This document shows positions 27,401 to 36,649 of a stretch of 52,037 nt of DNA, one piece after another. The translations under genes and the position numbers were made by a program. The stretch is from a virus (taxonomy: Duplodnaviria; Caudoviricetes): IMG/VR virus record IMGVR_UViG_3300036828_000332, positions 1 through 52,037 of that record; one strand, 5' to 3'. Below the pieces are notes generated by a model. It was not told where the DNA came from and did no database searches. It worked only from the letters and a program-made list of their open reading frames with translations. Every line of letters begins with the position of its first letter. Position 1 is the stretch's first letter.

Positions 27401-28536
27401 TGATATATCGTGTCGTCGACCACACTGACGCTCGTAAAGCTCGATCTGCCAAAGCCGAACACACCCGTAGTCGAGTCTTTGATACGTACAGACTGCGGCG
27501 GAAATACCACACCTCCGAAGGAATCGGGCACCCCGCGGGTCACACAGGAATCGTAGTCCTTGGGGCAGGTAGTGAGGGCGCTTGTCGACGGACAGAAGCG
27601 CCCCTTGTAGACCTTCCAGCACTGGCGTAGTATCTTCCGTGAAGGGTAGGGCAGCGTCAATTGGAAAATCCCATCAGTGACGTTGATCTGGAATTTGCCG
27701 CTGGTATCGAACTGCCAGTTCGTAAGATAGCCGTTCCAGACGTCAAGCAGCGAAACATCAGTGACATGGAACAAGGTCAATTGGACTTCGGCAGCGTAGA
27801 GATTTACCTGATTGACTAGCGAGGTCCACACGCCATCGGCGTTGCCCAGATTGAAGCTGCCTGCGTCGGAGCTTTCTCCGAGCGTCTGTGAGATCCCGCT
27901 CCAGTCGAGCATTCGCGGCAGGTACACCGTGCTGTCGACGCTGACCCGCTGATTCGAGATATAGATCGCCGACGCGCCGCGCGGCGTGATCGTCACCAGC
28001 GGGATGATCTGCTGGAATTCGTTGGCAAGCGCTGCGGTCAGCTGCGCATCCGGGAAGCGGACCAGATGCGCCCGCGAGTGTAAATCTGGCGTGGTCGCGG
28101 GGATCTCCAGGAACGTAACCCCTGGCCCCTGCGTGAGCAGCGCCACCATGTGATCGAAGGCCAGCGTGGGGTTTTCATAGCGAACATTGTAAGTCGCATT
28201 GCCCGTGGGCTCGTACATCGTCAGAGGGAATTGCGCATAGACGCCCTGCGCCTGTTCCCAGTGGGATTTCAGCTTGTCGTACTCCGTGCAGGACAGATGG
28301 TTCTTAAAAAAGCGAAAGTGGCGCGGTCCGTTCGGAGCCATGAGAAAGCGCTGCTCGACCTTCAGGCCGGCTTGACCGAAGGTATGCACGACCAGCGGCG
28401 GCGTATAGTCGAGCCCTGCGCCCCAATCGGCTTGGAGCGGGAATGCCGCGATCACCGGAGGCGTCGGGATGGGCACCGGCCCGAGCGAATCGCGGACATC
28501 CGGCACCGGAGGCGGAAAGGCGACCAGGCCGCTCAT
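24475..28536 (-). CDS. Tail tip / baseplate hub protein (gpL/gpJ-like fusion)
   Basis: 1353 aa after the distal tail gene; Cys cluster CWKVY..C..C..C as in gpL. Confidence 0.7.
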   Translation of the reverse strand: MSGLVAFPPPVPDVRDSLGPVPIPTPPVIAAFPLQADWGAGLDYTPPLVVHTFGQAGLKVEQRFLMAPNGPRHFRFFKNHLSCTEYDKLKSHWEQAQGVYAQFPLTMYEPTGNATYNVRYENPTLAFDHMVALLTQGPGVTFLEIPATTPDLHSRAHLVRFPDAQLTAALANEFQQIIPLVTITPRGASAIYISNQRVSVDSTVYLPRMLDWSGISQTLGESSDAGSFNLGNADGVWTSLVNQVNLYAAEVQLTLFHVTDVSLLDVWNGYLTNWQFDTSGKFQINVTDGIFQLTLPYPSRKILRQCWKVYKGRFCPSTSALTTCPKDYDSCVTRGVPDSFGGVVFPPQSVRIKDSTTGVFGFGRSSFTSVSVVDDTIYQRPLQEVFTDEQMLVTCDVAEGRDENSFYAALGVVGEGPIGSYDANLINSTLDGQPPHDPLRGGGWRATSGTDPCGQYDFVGITQAPWSNPDGTPFIPPGSTFAGGIALAEIRRTDAAGLQLSAVSDHAMTVSITSGLGGWIWTGPGARSWMPALHNTIWVAVNVFLRGIGLRVDPSNQDQIPAYQMEEYFDLNQCIEMAAICDTSVPKLIGSGNELQFPFRGILKEQKPLRDWLREILNCCSGNFIFSNGKFWPFIRVNSSVLAGNAFTEATILFRSLSVGPLQPAFNWLVGNFGDEEFGWQLNNCTIYDIDHASTLGTPESPQYLVQTMNFAGVSNLSQCARLLTARLREEIGGLAAGSGPHGTEPIPPNGPGINEQMIARNFQFRTTVLALGTQLGDIVSLTHSTFPYSGGYAEGRVSRWALNPDFSIDIQCSATTDDMYDLTVGPKPQDVAPPAAPPELLQPPIGLAWLPDMEAPVSGDPIYAAWERTFKLWQDYDIGAQGNWVPTIWVQGYMTVNQFGYPTQPRILDIELSSGGNLDGPQTVYAALTQRDNTGAPSTPSNLAAVWIPQGLTGQQVTLTVAPSTDPKLIGYDVWAANDRRQIAFQFNGTGTPPAGIAIPGPIQNWTQGLPEGSAWGVQIQAKTILHAGTVGVLVSNVTAPNLIQSDDFIGATDNWVGQFLFVCSNVAGEVPLWNFKITAFDAPTGTMTVTPDCVTGDPQTSVGIGDVLIVWAQPTSADANSITNAMWDNSVTRNQFPGSAGMQPGKEVGYLIRILRGTGAGQWRNITDNNELTHQIAPPWDVIPDATSLYIVEAADWLDPSQTSQMAAPTNNILVQLHTQVPNLSDEVVLVGGYLVDTNGNKTDDGFACYRMIYIFGQPPNVRTLGPGAGPFDIKISDEVIRVDTSANDVAVNLLPLADYQGRGLLVFNIGPNNAVIAANGADVFPDGTQQYVISTAGGTARITAGGIYTT

Positions 28537-28964
28537 AGGATCTCCCGCAGCCCGAGGCTCACTGTAGCGGAGTTGCCCTTGAATACTCCTGCTAAAACCT
28601 GCATCCGCTCGTTGCCGTAGGTCACGCTCCAGCTACCATCGAAAGTCACGGTGTAACGCCCGACGGTATTCGCTCCAGTGGGATCGGCGGTGAAAGGCGG
28701 CACGGTTTCGCGCGGATTGTAAAAGTAAAACGCATGGCCGAGGTTGGAATTGTAGAAGGTCTGGAGAGACTGAAAAGCATCCGGCAGTAGGGTTTGCTGC
28801 ATGGTGAAGTAGCGGCGGTTGTTCAGCGCCAGCGCGTTGCGGTCGCTCGATCCGTCCGGATACATGTTCAGATCGGCCTCTAAGTGCAATTCCTCGTGGA
28901 AGGCCCGCGAGAGGTTTACCGGCATCACAACGGTGGGTGTGGGAGTGGTGATGTTATTGGGCAT
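28533..28964 (-). CDS. Distal tail protein (gpM-like)
   Basis: Follows the tape measure; FYFYNP and YTVTFDG pattern. Confidence 0.65.
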   Translation of the reverse strand: MPNNITTPTPTVVMPVNLSRAFHEELHLEADLNMYPDGSSDRNALALNNRRYFTMQQTLLPDAFQSLQTFYNSNLGHAFYFYNPRETVPPFTADPTGANTVGRYTVTFDGSWSVTYGNERMQVLAGVFKGNSATVSLGLREIL

Positions 28965-28970
28965 CTCTCA

Positions 28971-31900
28971 TTAGCTCAAGGCCGTGAGCGGCTCCTGCAT
29001 CGCGGCTGCCGTGGTCAATCGGCTGTCGCCTGCCGTGGCCGCCGAGGCCGACGCCATGGCAATCGCCGACGGGTTTCCCTGAATGGTCTGCAGCGTCAAT
29101 TGCTGGAATTGGTTGTTGATGAGCCCGGCAGCGCCCGGCACGCCGAGCCCGGACCCTGGCGAGGGATTCGCGCCCTGCGCCGTGATGGCGGCGTGTGCGT
29201 ATTGGTAGCTGGTCGTCCCGGTGTAGGGGTTCTGTACCTGCACGCCGCCGTTATAGGTGGGCTGCAATTGAACCCCCTGTGTCGATTGCGCGATGGTGGC
29301 GTTGTACATCGGCCGCGGAAGGTTGGCCGCCTGCCCGCTCGAAAGGGCATACAGCCGCACGAGATCCTGGATGTCCTGCCCGTGAATGCCCACCTGGACA
29401 TTGCCGCCGTATTTCTGGTCGACGATCTGCTGGATCTGCGTGAGTATCTGGCGGTTCGAGATATCGACGCCGTACACCTGTTTGATCTGAGCGCGGATCT
29501 TCTCCTGTTCGGTCTTGATGAAGAGACGCACTGTACCCGCCACGGCTCCCGCCGCTGCGCCGATAGCCCCGCCGATCAACGCGCCAGCAGGACCGAAGTA
29601 CGCTCCACCAATCGTCGCTCCGGCAAGAGCCCCGCCGCCGATATCCATAAGCATTCCACCGACGCCGCCCTTCTGGAGCCCCGCGCCTACGAGGCCCAGT
29701 CCCGCGCCCGTGAGGATGCCGCCCGTGAACCCGAGGCCCGGAAACATCTGCGCGAGTTGCGGACCCATCAGCGCGCCGCCCGCCGTTGTCATCACGGCGG
29801 AGTGTTTCTTCAATCCGCCGCTTATCAGCATTCCCCCGGCGATAGCCGAAAGATTGGCGACCCCTGGGGAAGTCACCACACTGCCAAAGGTTGTGCCGCC
29901 TGTCGAAGTAGTGCCGATGCCGAACTGGTCTTTCAATTTGCTTAAATCGAAGCCTGCAATCCCGCCTCCTTTGGCACCCGCTCCTGGTTTCCCGAGGATG
30001 CCGCCAAGTCCACTTCCGCCACCGCCAGCACCCCCGAGAGCGGCACCGGCAACCTTCGCCATCTCGGACTGTGTTTTCGTGTTGTAATCGGGCTGCTGCA
30101 TCGCTCCGACCGTCAGAGCCCCCATACTGATCGCTCCGAGGCCAAAGGGGACCGCCGCGCCACCGAACAGGGCTCCGGCACCGGAGACGCCCGCGGGCAC
30201 CCCAGGAGCCATCCCACCGCCACCCATACCAGCGAGTTCTGGCAGGGCTATCTCCGGGGCGGAAACCGCACTGAGCCTAGTAGGCAGACCGGCGAACTGA
30301 TCCATGCTGAAAGCGGGCGCTCCTCCTGTCGCAACCTGGACGGCGACATCCGCGCCGCCCAACTGCTTAAGCGCCTGCATGACGCGCGGTACGTAGGCTT
30401 GCGTTTCGCGAGGCAGCGGAGTTCCCCTGCGAACCGCGCGATCATAAGCGGCTGGCCCCATGTTGTATGCGGCCAGCGCGGCCGACAGATCTCCCGGGTA
30501 GCGCTTCATGAGCTGGCCGAGATAGCGCGCACCGCCCGTCACGTTCTGGAGCGGGTCGGTTACATCGGTAACGCCCATGTCGCTCGCCGTCCCGGGCATC
30601 AATTGCATGAGGCCCCTCGCGCCTTTCAGGGATCGCGCTATGGGATCCCCTGCCGACTCCCCGCTGATGACTGCTCGAATAATCTGCGGTGAAACGCCGC
30701 TGGCGGCACTGGCCTGCTGAATGATGCTGCCATACCGCCCACCCCCGCCGCCCGCCATGCCCCAACCCGTTGCCAGTGACGGCGCAGGGATGCCCATGGC
30801 CGCCAAGCCGCCGCCTTCCCCCGCACCGCCCGCCGCCGCGAACTGCTGGACGGCCAACAGGAAATCCTGCGTGGCCTTGTTGAACGCATCCACGCCCACG
30901 ATGAAAAGATTGGCCGGCTGCACCATCTTGGCTGCTTCCGTTGTTTCGTAAGCCGGTTTGAAGTCGCTAAGGCCCAGCCCTTCCGGAATGAAGCTCGCCG
31001 GAGGCGCGCCGGGTGGCCGTGGTGTCATTCCCTTTTGAAAGAGCGCGCTAATGATTCCGCCGCCGCGCGAGTATTGCACCTCGGGTCTTCCGTATCCCGC
31101 CAGTTCCGTAGCCGACTGCGCTAGGGTCGAACTGAAAAGCTGTTTGGCTTCCCCGAGAAACAACTTCTTGAATACGTCGCCCATGGCCTGCCCGATGGTC
31201 TTGCCCTTCTGCGTGAAGGCATCAAAGATTTCATCGAACTCACCCTTGAAGGCTTCATAGATCCGCTTCTGGTCTTCGATGATGATGTCGTTGGCTTTCT
31301 TCCAGCCCTCAATCCGGTACTTCTGCGTCTCATCAACCGCCTTGATGTCGATCCCCTTCTGTTTTCGGATTACTTCATCCTTACGGGCCTGAATCAACGC
31401 GTCCACTTCGCCGGATGTGTATCCCTGCTTCGCGAAGTCCGCGCGGTGCGCGTTAATCATCGCGACTTCCTCGTCGAGAACCACCTGCAATTCGCCCTTT
31501 TGCTGCGCCGCCACTTCCTCGTTGGATTTGATACGCAACTCCGTGATGCGCGCGAGATTCGCTATCTTCTTGCGCAAGTCCTGTTCGTCGGCGGCTTCGA
31601 TATAAAGAATCTGCGCGTCGTAGGAGCCCTTAATCCGCTCCTGGTTCTGCTTGGCAAGGTCGGTGATCCGCTGCCTTTCTTTCTCGATCACCTTGGAGTC
31701 CATTTCAATCTTTTGCGCTGCGGTGAGCTGATCGCTGAGGCGTTGCGCGGCCGCTCCAGTGATGAGCTTGTCGTGCATCAGCTTGTCGAGCTTCTCGAAG
31801 AGTTCCTTGTATTTGAAAGCCACGGCTTCAACCGGAGAACTGAGAGCCAGCAGGAGGGTCTTACTAGCCGCGAGGCTCCATTCGTCGACTTGGGCCTGCA

Positions 31901-33212
31901 CATCGTCCAGTTTGTCTTTCAAGTTCTCTTGGCCGGGCTTGCCAGTTCCCATGGTCAGATCGGGAACCTTGGCGCCCTTGGGTAGCAGGCCGCTTTTCTC
32001 GGCCAGGGTGGAAATCGTGCTCTGCATCGTCTCCCACACGGTTTTACCCCAACCCACCGCTGAGTCCTTGAGCTTTTTGGCCTGTTCGGGAAAGCGATCC
32101 GCGAGAATGACACCGATGCCCGCGACACCCGCCGCCACAGCCAGAGCCTCCGGGCTCATGAGTGCCAGTACCCCGGCAAGCGATCTCAGAACCGCAACGG
32201 CAGGTCCCACCACACCCGGCACAATTTTCATGACCAGATTGAACGCCCCGAATGCCACGCTTAACGCGACAACATTCACAATCACTTCCTTAACCGGCTC
32301 GGGCAGATCCATGAGCCACTGCGCGAATGCCGCCAGGATCTTTAAGACGCCCATCACCTCTTCGCCCAGCTTCGAGAACGCTCTGCCAAACCCCTCGTCG
32401 CTCATTATTTTTTGGCGCAACACGTCGAAGGCGTCTCCAAGGTTCTTGAGCATTTTGGCTAGGTCGGAAATCTGCGCGCCCGCGCCTCCGGTCTGGTCTT
32501 TCATGGCCTTGAGCATGATGGCAATCGTTTCCGGTCCCGACATCACGCCTTCTTTCAGCCACTTGCGAACCTCGTCGGTAACAACCGGCCTGTTGAGTTG
32601 GGCCGTCATAGCCTGCCGCAGAGCTTCCATTACCTGCACGCCCTGTTTTGGCAACGCCCGCATCAGGTCCTCGGCAGTCAGGAATTCCTTGTTCATGATG
32701 CGCCCGAAGAGGCGCACGATCGTTCCGACGTTTCCTATTTGCCCGCCCATCGCCGTAACCTGGTCGGTGATGATCTTGAGAGTGGCCGGAATGTCTTTGG
32801 CTTCGAAGTTGAATCCGGCTAATTGGCGCGCCGCCTCCTGCAGGTCTTTGAAGCTGAAGATGCTCTGCGAGGCAACCTCGCGGATACCTTCCATCACTTT
32901 CCTAGCGTCGTCTGCATTGTCAACAAACTGCGCCATCATCATCTGGGCACGGCCCATTTCCGAACCAACTCGGACAAGCTGCTCCACCATGCGCACGATC
33001 CCCAAGCCCGCCAGCGCATTGGTGAGGCCTCCGAAAGCGCTGATGGTCTGGTTTACCGCGACGTTAACGCGCCCCAGGCCCGCCGTAGCCTGCGCGGACG
33101 CCTTCTCGCTGGTGGGGCCGGTCTGCGAAATGGCCTGATTCAGCGCGTTGACGTTCTGCTGCGCCGTCTGGCTGTTGAGATCGACCTGGATGTAAATGTT
33201 GTTAGCGGCCAT
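28971..33212 (-). CDS. Tape measure protein with internal lytic transglycosylase (SLT) domain
   Basis: 1413 aa, helical, A/G-rich; ESAG...GARGLMQLMPGTA...AAYNMG...ETQAYV. Confidence 0.95.
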   Translation of the reverse strand: MAANNIYIQVDLNSQTAQQNVNALNQAISQTGPTSEKASAQATAGLGRVNVAVNQTISAFGGLTNALAGLGIVRMVEQLVRVGSEMGRAQMMMAQFVDNADDARKVMEGIREVASQSIFSFKDLQEAARQLAGFNFEAKDIPATLKIITDQVTAMGGQIGNVGTIVRLFGRIMNKEFLTAEDLMRALPKQGVQVMEALRQAMTAQLNRPVVTDEVRKWLKEGVMSGPETIAIMLKAMKDQTGGAGAQISDLAKMLKNLGDAFDVLRQKIMSDEGFGRAFSKLGEEVMGVLKILAAFAQWLMDLPEPVKEVIVNVVALSVAFGAFNLVMKIVPGVVGPAVAVLRSLAGVLALMSPEALAVAAGVAGIGVILADRFPEQAKKLKDSAVGWGKTVWETMQSTISTLAEKSGLLPKGAKVPDLTMGTGKPGQENLKDKLDDVQAQVDEWSLAASKTLLLALSSPVEAVAFKYKELFEKLDKLMHDKLITGAAAQRLSDQLTAAQKIEMDSKVIEKERQRITDLAKQNQERIKGSYDAQILYIEAADEQDLRKKIANLARITELRIKSNEEVAAQQKGELQVVLDEEVAMINAHRADFAKQGYTSGEVDALIQARKDEVIRKQKGIDIKAVDETQKYRIEGWKKANDIIIEDQKRIYEAFKGEFDEIFDAFTQKGKTIGQAMGDVFKKLFLGEAKQLFSSTLAQSATELAGYGRPEVQYSRGGGIISALFQKGMTPRPPGAPPASFIPEGLGLSDFKPAYETTEAAKMVQPANLFIVGVDAFNKATQDFLLAVQQFAAAGGAGEGGGLAAMGIPAPSLATGWGMAGGGGGRYGSIIQQASAASGVSPQIIRAVISGESAGDPIARSLKGARGLMQLMPGTASDMGVTDVTDPLQNVTGGARYLGQLMKRYPGDLSAALAAYNMGPAAYDRAVRRGTPLPRETQAYVPRVMQALKQLGGADVAVQVATGGAPAFSMDQFAGLPTRLSAVSAPEIALPELAGMGGGGMAPGVPAGVSGAGALFGGAAVPFGLGAISMGALTVGAMQQPDYNTKTQSEMAKVAGAALGGAGGGGSGLGGILGKPGAGAKGGGIAGFDLSKLKDQFGIGTTSTGGTTFGSVVTSPGVANLSAIAGGMLISGGLKKHSAVMTTAGGALMGPQLAQMFPGLGFTGGILTGAGLGLVGAGLQKGGVGGMLMDIGGGALAGATIGGAYFGPAGALIGGAIGAAAGAVAGTVRLFIKTEQEKIRAQIKQVYGVDISNRQILTQIQQIVDQKYGGNVQVGIHGQDIQDLVRLYALSSGQAANLPRPMYNATIAQSTQGVQLQPTYNGGVQVQNPYTGTTSYQYAHAAITAQGANPSPGSGLGVPGAAGLINNQFQQLTLQTIQGNPSAIAMASASAATAGDSRLTTAAAMQEPLTALS

Positions 33213-33564
33213 GGTGCGTGTTCTTGATCGACTCCGTTGAGAACCGGTTTCGCTCCTCGGTCAATAAGCGCAGCAATAAAAACTCCGGGTACGGGATCTC
33301 AGCCAGCCCGACTGTGACCCCCGCCTGCAACGCAAAATCCAGATCGATGGTTTGCGCGATCAACTGGCCTGCTGGAGACTGCAAGTGATCGTCCAGCAAC
33401 TGCGAGGGACATTCGTCGCACCGCGGCGTATCGTTGTTCGCATCGGGGTTCGCCATCAGCACCGTGCCGCATTCGCCCGGTCCGGGACACAGGTCGTTGC
33501 GCCGCAGGATCCGGTGAAAGATGAAGCGCGGCGACGGATACTCCGGCCAGCCGCCGCCCTCTAA
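33202..33564 (-). CDS. Tail assembly chaperone, frameshifted extension (gpT-like)
   Basis: The -1 frame is open from the slippery site to 33202. Confidence 0.8.
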   Translation of the reverse strand, partial: LEGGGWPEYPSPRFIFHRILRRNDLCPGPGECGTVLMANPDANNDTPRCDECPSQLLDDHLQSPAGQLIAQTIDLDFALQAGVTVGLAEIPYPEFLLLRLLTEERNRFSTESIKNTHHGR

Positions 33565-33570
33565 AAATTT
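33530..33570 (-). other. -1 programmed ribosomal frameshift signal
   Basis: A AAT TTT heptamer (33564-33570) immediately before TAG; GGCGGCGG/CCGTCGCC hairpin 5 nt downstream. Confidence 0.85.
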
Positions 33571-34157
33571 GTTTCGTCATACTTCGGCATCGCCTCTTGT
33601 TCGATAGCCGAAATCACGGCGCGAATGGCAGCGTCCTTATGCACGGCAGGCACGGGACCTTCATACGATTCGCCCTGGCCGCCGCACTTATCCCAGAGCG
33701 TAGCGGCTGCGTCGAGACTGGTGCGGATCTCCTGGCGGTTATAGGGCAGCGAAATCAAGCGCGTGGACTTCTGCAACGTGCGCACCTCGTCCATGGTAGG
33801 AATGCGAACCGTGTGCCTGGTTTCTCCCATCAGGGTGTTCATCGTCACGTCGGCGCTCTCCGCTCCCAATTCAACGTCGATCACATCGCAGGTAGCCAGG
33901 GTGTCGATGATGCGCGTGGCCTCTGCCGCCGTGAGCGCTTGCGCGCCATTGAGCTTGATCGAGTCGTAGAGCTTGGCGTCGGCTTCCGCCGTATCGATCT
34001 GCGTCTCGGTCTGCCCGCGCCCGAGTTGCACCTGCATGATCTTGCGCCGCCTGCGGTGCACGGACCATTCCTCGTCGTTCGGCCAGCGCACAGTAATATC
34101 CGCTTTACCGGTCGAGGTGCGCAGGCCGATGGTAATTGTGGAGTCGGTGTTGAACAT
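33561..34157 (-). CDS. Tail assembly chaperone (gpG-like)
   Basis: Between tail tube and tape measure; ends in the slippery site. Confidence 0.8.
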   Translation of the reverse strand: MFNTDSTITIGLRTSTGKADITVRWPNDEEWSVHRRRRKIMQVQLGRGQTETQIDTAEADAKLYDSIKLNGAQALTAAEATRIIDTLATCDVIDVELGAESADVTMNTLMGETRHTVRIPTMDEVRTLQKSTRLISLPYNRQEIRTSLDAAATLWDKCGGQGESYEGPVPAVHKDAAIRAVISAIEQEAMPKYDETNF

Positions 34158-34158
34158 A

Positions 34159-35277
34159 TTAAAGCCCCAGGATTCCATCTTGTATACAGGTAGCCGTCAG
34201 AGTCACAATAGGCGTCACCCCATCGGTCGGCTGCAAGAGCGTCACGCCGCACTGCACGGTGACGATGTTGTTGTCATCTCCATTTACGACGCTCTGCATG
34301 CGCACGCGCGGCATCTGGATCTGGAAGCTATGGTATAAGGTCCCGGCAATCAGCGCCCCCTGCACGCCAATCGTCGCCGTACCTTCCACGCCGTTAATCA
34401 GGTTGTTGTACTCGGTCGAGCCCTTTTGCGCGCGGGCCACGAAGGAGAACATCATTTCGCGGATGCCATATTCCATGCGTCCGCGCACGGCATAGCCGTT
34501 CTGCGTCCCCGAGCCAGGATACAGGCCCGTATCGAGGCGCACGTTATTATTCCAGCGGAACTCCGATGAGATGAACGACTGCGAGAGCACATAGTCCACG
34601 CCATTGATCGTGATCGTAGCGCCAGCGGCATTCAGAAAATGCTCCTGCGTGATGGCCGGGAGCGGGGTGAGTCCTGGCACTTGCACGTGCCCGCTGCCGG
34701 GGAGATTGCAGCTCACGCGGCAATTAGCGCGGCCCGGTCCCGACTGCATCGTGAGGGTCCAATCGCCGACCACGCACCCGATCAGCATCCGGTCAATCAC
34801 CGAATTCGGGCTGGGGCGGATCTGTTCGTCCCAGGAGAACGTCGGCAGATTGATGCAATCGACAGCCGGGTCGTTCGGCACCGCTGCGTAAGTGACACCC
34901 GTAGCCGCGGTGCCCGTTTTGGTGGCTTTGCCGGTGGTGAAGCAGAACAGCCACGCCAGAAACTCGCTGGAAGCGTACTTCTCCAGAGCCACGCTGGCGT
35001 CCTGGTAGGACGGAAAGACCTGGCTCGGAAATTCGTTGCCCTTGCCGATGTCGAGAGCGTTGGTTTCATTGACCGGATTCAGAACCGACACCGCCGGATT
35101 CACCTTGGTTAAGCTCCACATCTGCGGGAGGGTGTTGGCGGTGGCGACATCGGTCTGCGGCGCATATCCGAAGGCAATGCGCGTCTCCTGAACATTGGCC
35201 GGACAGGACGTGACGGCTTTTGCCCCTCCGGACGGCGGGGTGCGGGACGCGGGCGGTTCTATGATGGCGGTGGACAT
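34159..35277 (-). CDS. Major tail tube protein
   Basis: Position, AAGGAG RBS, beta-rich ~370 aa. Confidence 0.75.
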   Translation of the reverse strand: MSTAIIEPPASRTPPSGGAKAVTSCPANVQETRIAFGYAPQTDVATANTLPQMWSLTKVNPAVSVLNPVNETNALDIGKGNEFPSQVFPSYQDASVALEKYASSEFLAWLFCFTTGKATKTGTAATGVTYAAVPNDPAVDCINLPTFSWDEQIRPSPNSVIDRMLIGCVVGDWTLTMQSGPGRANCRVSCNLPGSGHVQVPGLTPLPAITQEHFLNAAGATITINGVDYVLSQSFISSEFRWNNNVRLDTGLYPGSGTQNGYAVRGRMEYGIREMMFSFVARAQKGSTEYNNLINGVEGTATIGVQGALIAGTLYHSFQIQMPRVRMQSVVNGDDNNIVTVQCGVTLLQPTDGVTPIVTLTATCIQDGILGL

Positions 35278-35293
35278 AAAGTTCTCCTTGGGG

Positions 35294-35755
35294 TCATGGC
35301 CTCGGCCAGTCTCCTGTTTCAAGGGTTGTGGTTTCGATGAGCATGTAATCCACGCCCTCGGTATCGGTGTTCCGTGAAATTCGCATCACCTGCGTGGGCA
35401 GAAGACCATCCAGAAGCGGGCAGTTCCGCCAGACCATGCCGTCGCCGGGATTCGGCACGCCCGCCATGATGGCGTCGATCAGATCGAGATCGGACGCCCC
35501 CGGCAGCGAGCGAATGCAGATATCCATGTCGTGCGACCACTTGCTCATTTCGCTTTCGGTGAGATCGCTTCCCCGGTACACAATCAACACCTGCCCCGGT
35601 TGCATCTGGTAAATGGCCTTATCGACGGAATTGGCCGTGGGATTCAGATCGATGTAAGCCACCACCGGATTGACCGGCGCGAGAATCTGTACGATCTCCG
35701 GCACTCCGCCGAGCGTCGACGCCAGGGCATTCACGAGATGGGAGAGGCCGATCAC
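35294..35755 (-). CDS. Tail terminator-like protein
   Basis: Position; GTGA-coupled start. Confidence 0.6.
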   Translation of the reverse strand: MIGLSHLVNALASTLGGVPEIVQILAPVNPVVAYIDLNPTANSVDKAIYQMQPGQVLIVYRGSDLTESEMSKWSHDMDICIRSLPGASDLDLIDAIMAGVPNPGDGMVWRNCPLLDGLLPTQVMRISRNTDTEGVDYMLIETTTLETGDWPRP

Positions 35756-36219
35756 TGGCGCGGCCGGCCTTTCGTACCATCGAGAGGAAACCACGCCTTG
35801 GTAACGTAGTCCCCAAATTGCGTCTGAGCTTCATCGGTTACCACCTTCACGTCGGTGAGAGCAAACCCGATCATCTGGTCATACTTGTTCGCGCGCAGCG
35901 CCTTGGCACGCTCCAGACGCGTCGTATTCTCCGCGCGGATGCGTCCTTCGGCAGCCTTGCGCAGTGTGAAATTAGCCAGCGTTGCGCCGGTCATCACCAT
36001 GTCCCGCACGGCCCGCTTGTGCGTGTACTGTTGCTTGATGATGGCGTACTTAACACTCAGCTTCTTGGCCGGGTTCCCCTCGGCGTTGACCACCCGGCTC
36101 CAGCGCGCTTTCTGTTCGGCCACCATCTTGTCGCCAATGATGCGCAACTGAGGGTTGCTCAGATTCGGTCCGCGCACGCGTCCCGTCTTCTTAACCTGGA
36201 TGTTCAGAGTAGTAGCCAT
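35752..36219 (-). CDS. Tail completion / neck protein
   Basis: Basic 155 aa protein with MVMTG motif; position. Confidence 0.6.
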   Translation of the reverse strand: MATTLNIQVKKTGRVRGPNLSNPQLRIIGDKMVAEQKARWSRVVNAEGNPAKKLSVKYAIIKQQYTHKRAVRDMVMTGATLANFTLRKAAEGRIRAENTTRLERAKALRANKYDQMIGFALTDVKVVTDEAQTQFGDYVTKAWFPLDGTKGRPRQ

Positions 36220-36560
36220 CAGAGTACCGGCCCCGCTTCCTGTACGACGATTACCGAAAAGCCCACGGCCAGAGCCGCGATGCGGACTACCTGATACTGC
36301 TTTGCGTCCTTCTGCACCATGTCTCCCGGCGCAGGAGGCAATGCGAGATCGGCGTTCCGAATGTCCATGTGGCTGTAGCGCCCAGGAGAGACCTCTTCAT
36401 CCGACGCACCTTCCTTCCAGAGCACCGAGATCGAAACCGACTGCCAGATGTCGCCTTGCGGCAAATACGACACCGCCCGCCCGAAGGTCGCAATCTGCGC
36501 AGGCCAGAACATCCCCGGCAGGTAGGAGTCGATAAACGGATTGATGGGTGTGGCCGCCAT
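36219..36560 (-). CDS. Head-tail joining protein (gpFII-like)
   Basis: FGRAVSY...PAPGD..YQV pattern directly after the capsid gene. Confidence 0.7.
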   Translation of the reverse strand: MAATPINPFIDSYLPGMFWPAQIATFGRAVSYLPQGDIWQSVSISVLWKEGASDEEVSPGRYSHMDIRNADLALPPAPGDMVQKDAKQYQVVRIAALAVGFSVIVVQEAGPVL

Positions 36561-36649
36561 GGTGTCGTGCCTTTGCTGCGCCTGCGCCCCTAAACCCCCA
36601 GTACGATCCAGAGGCGCACACCGCGCATTCCGCTGGCACGCGGAATCTG

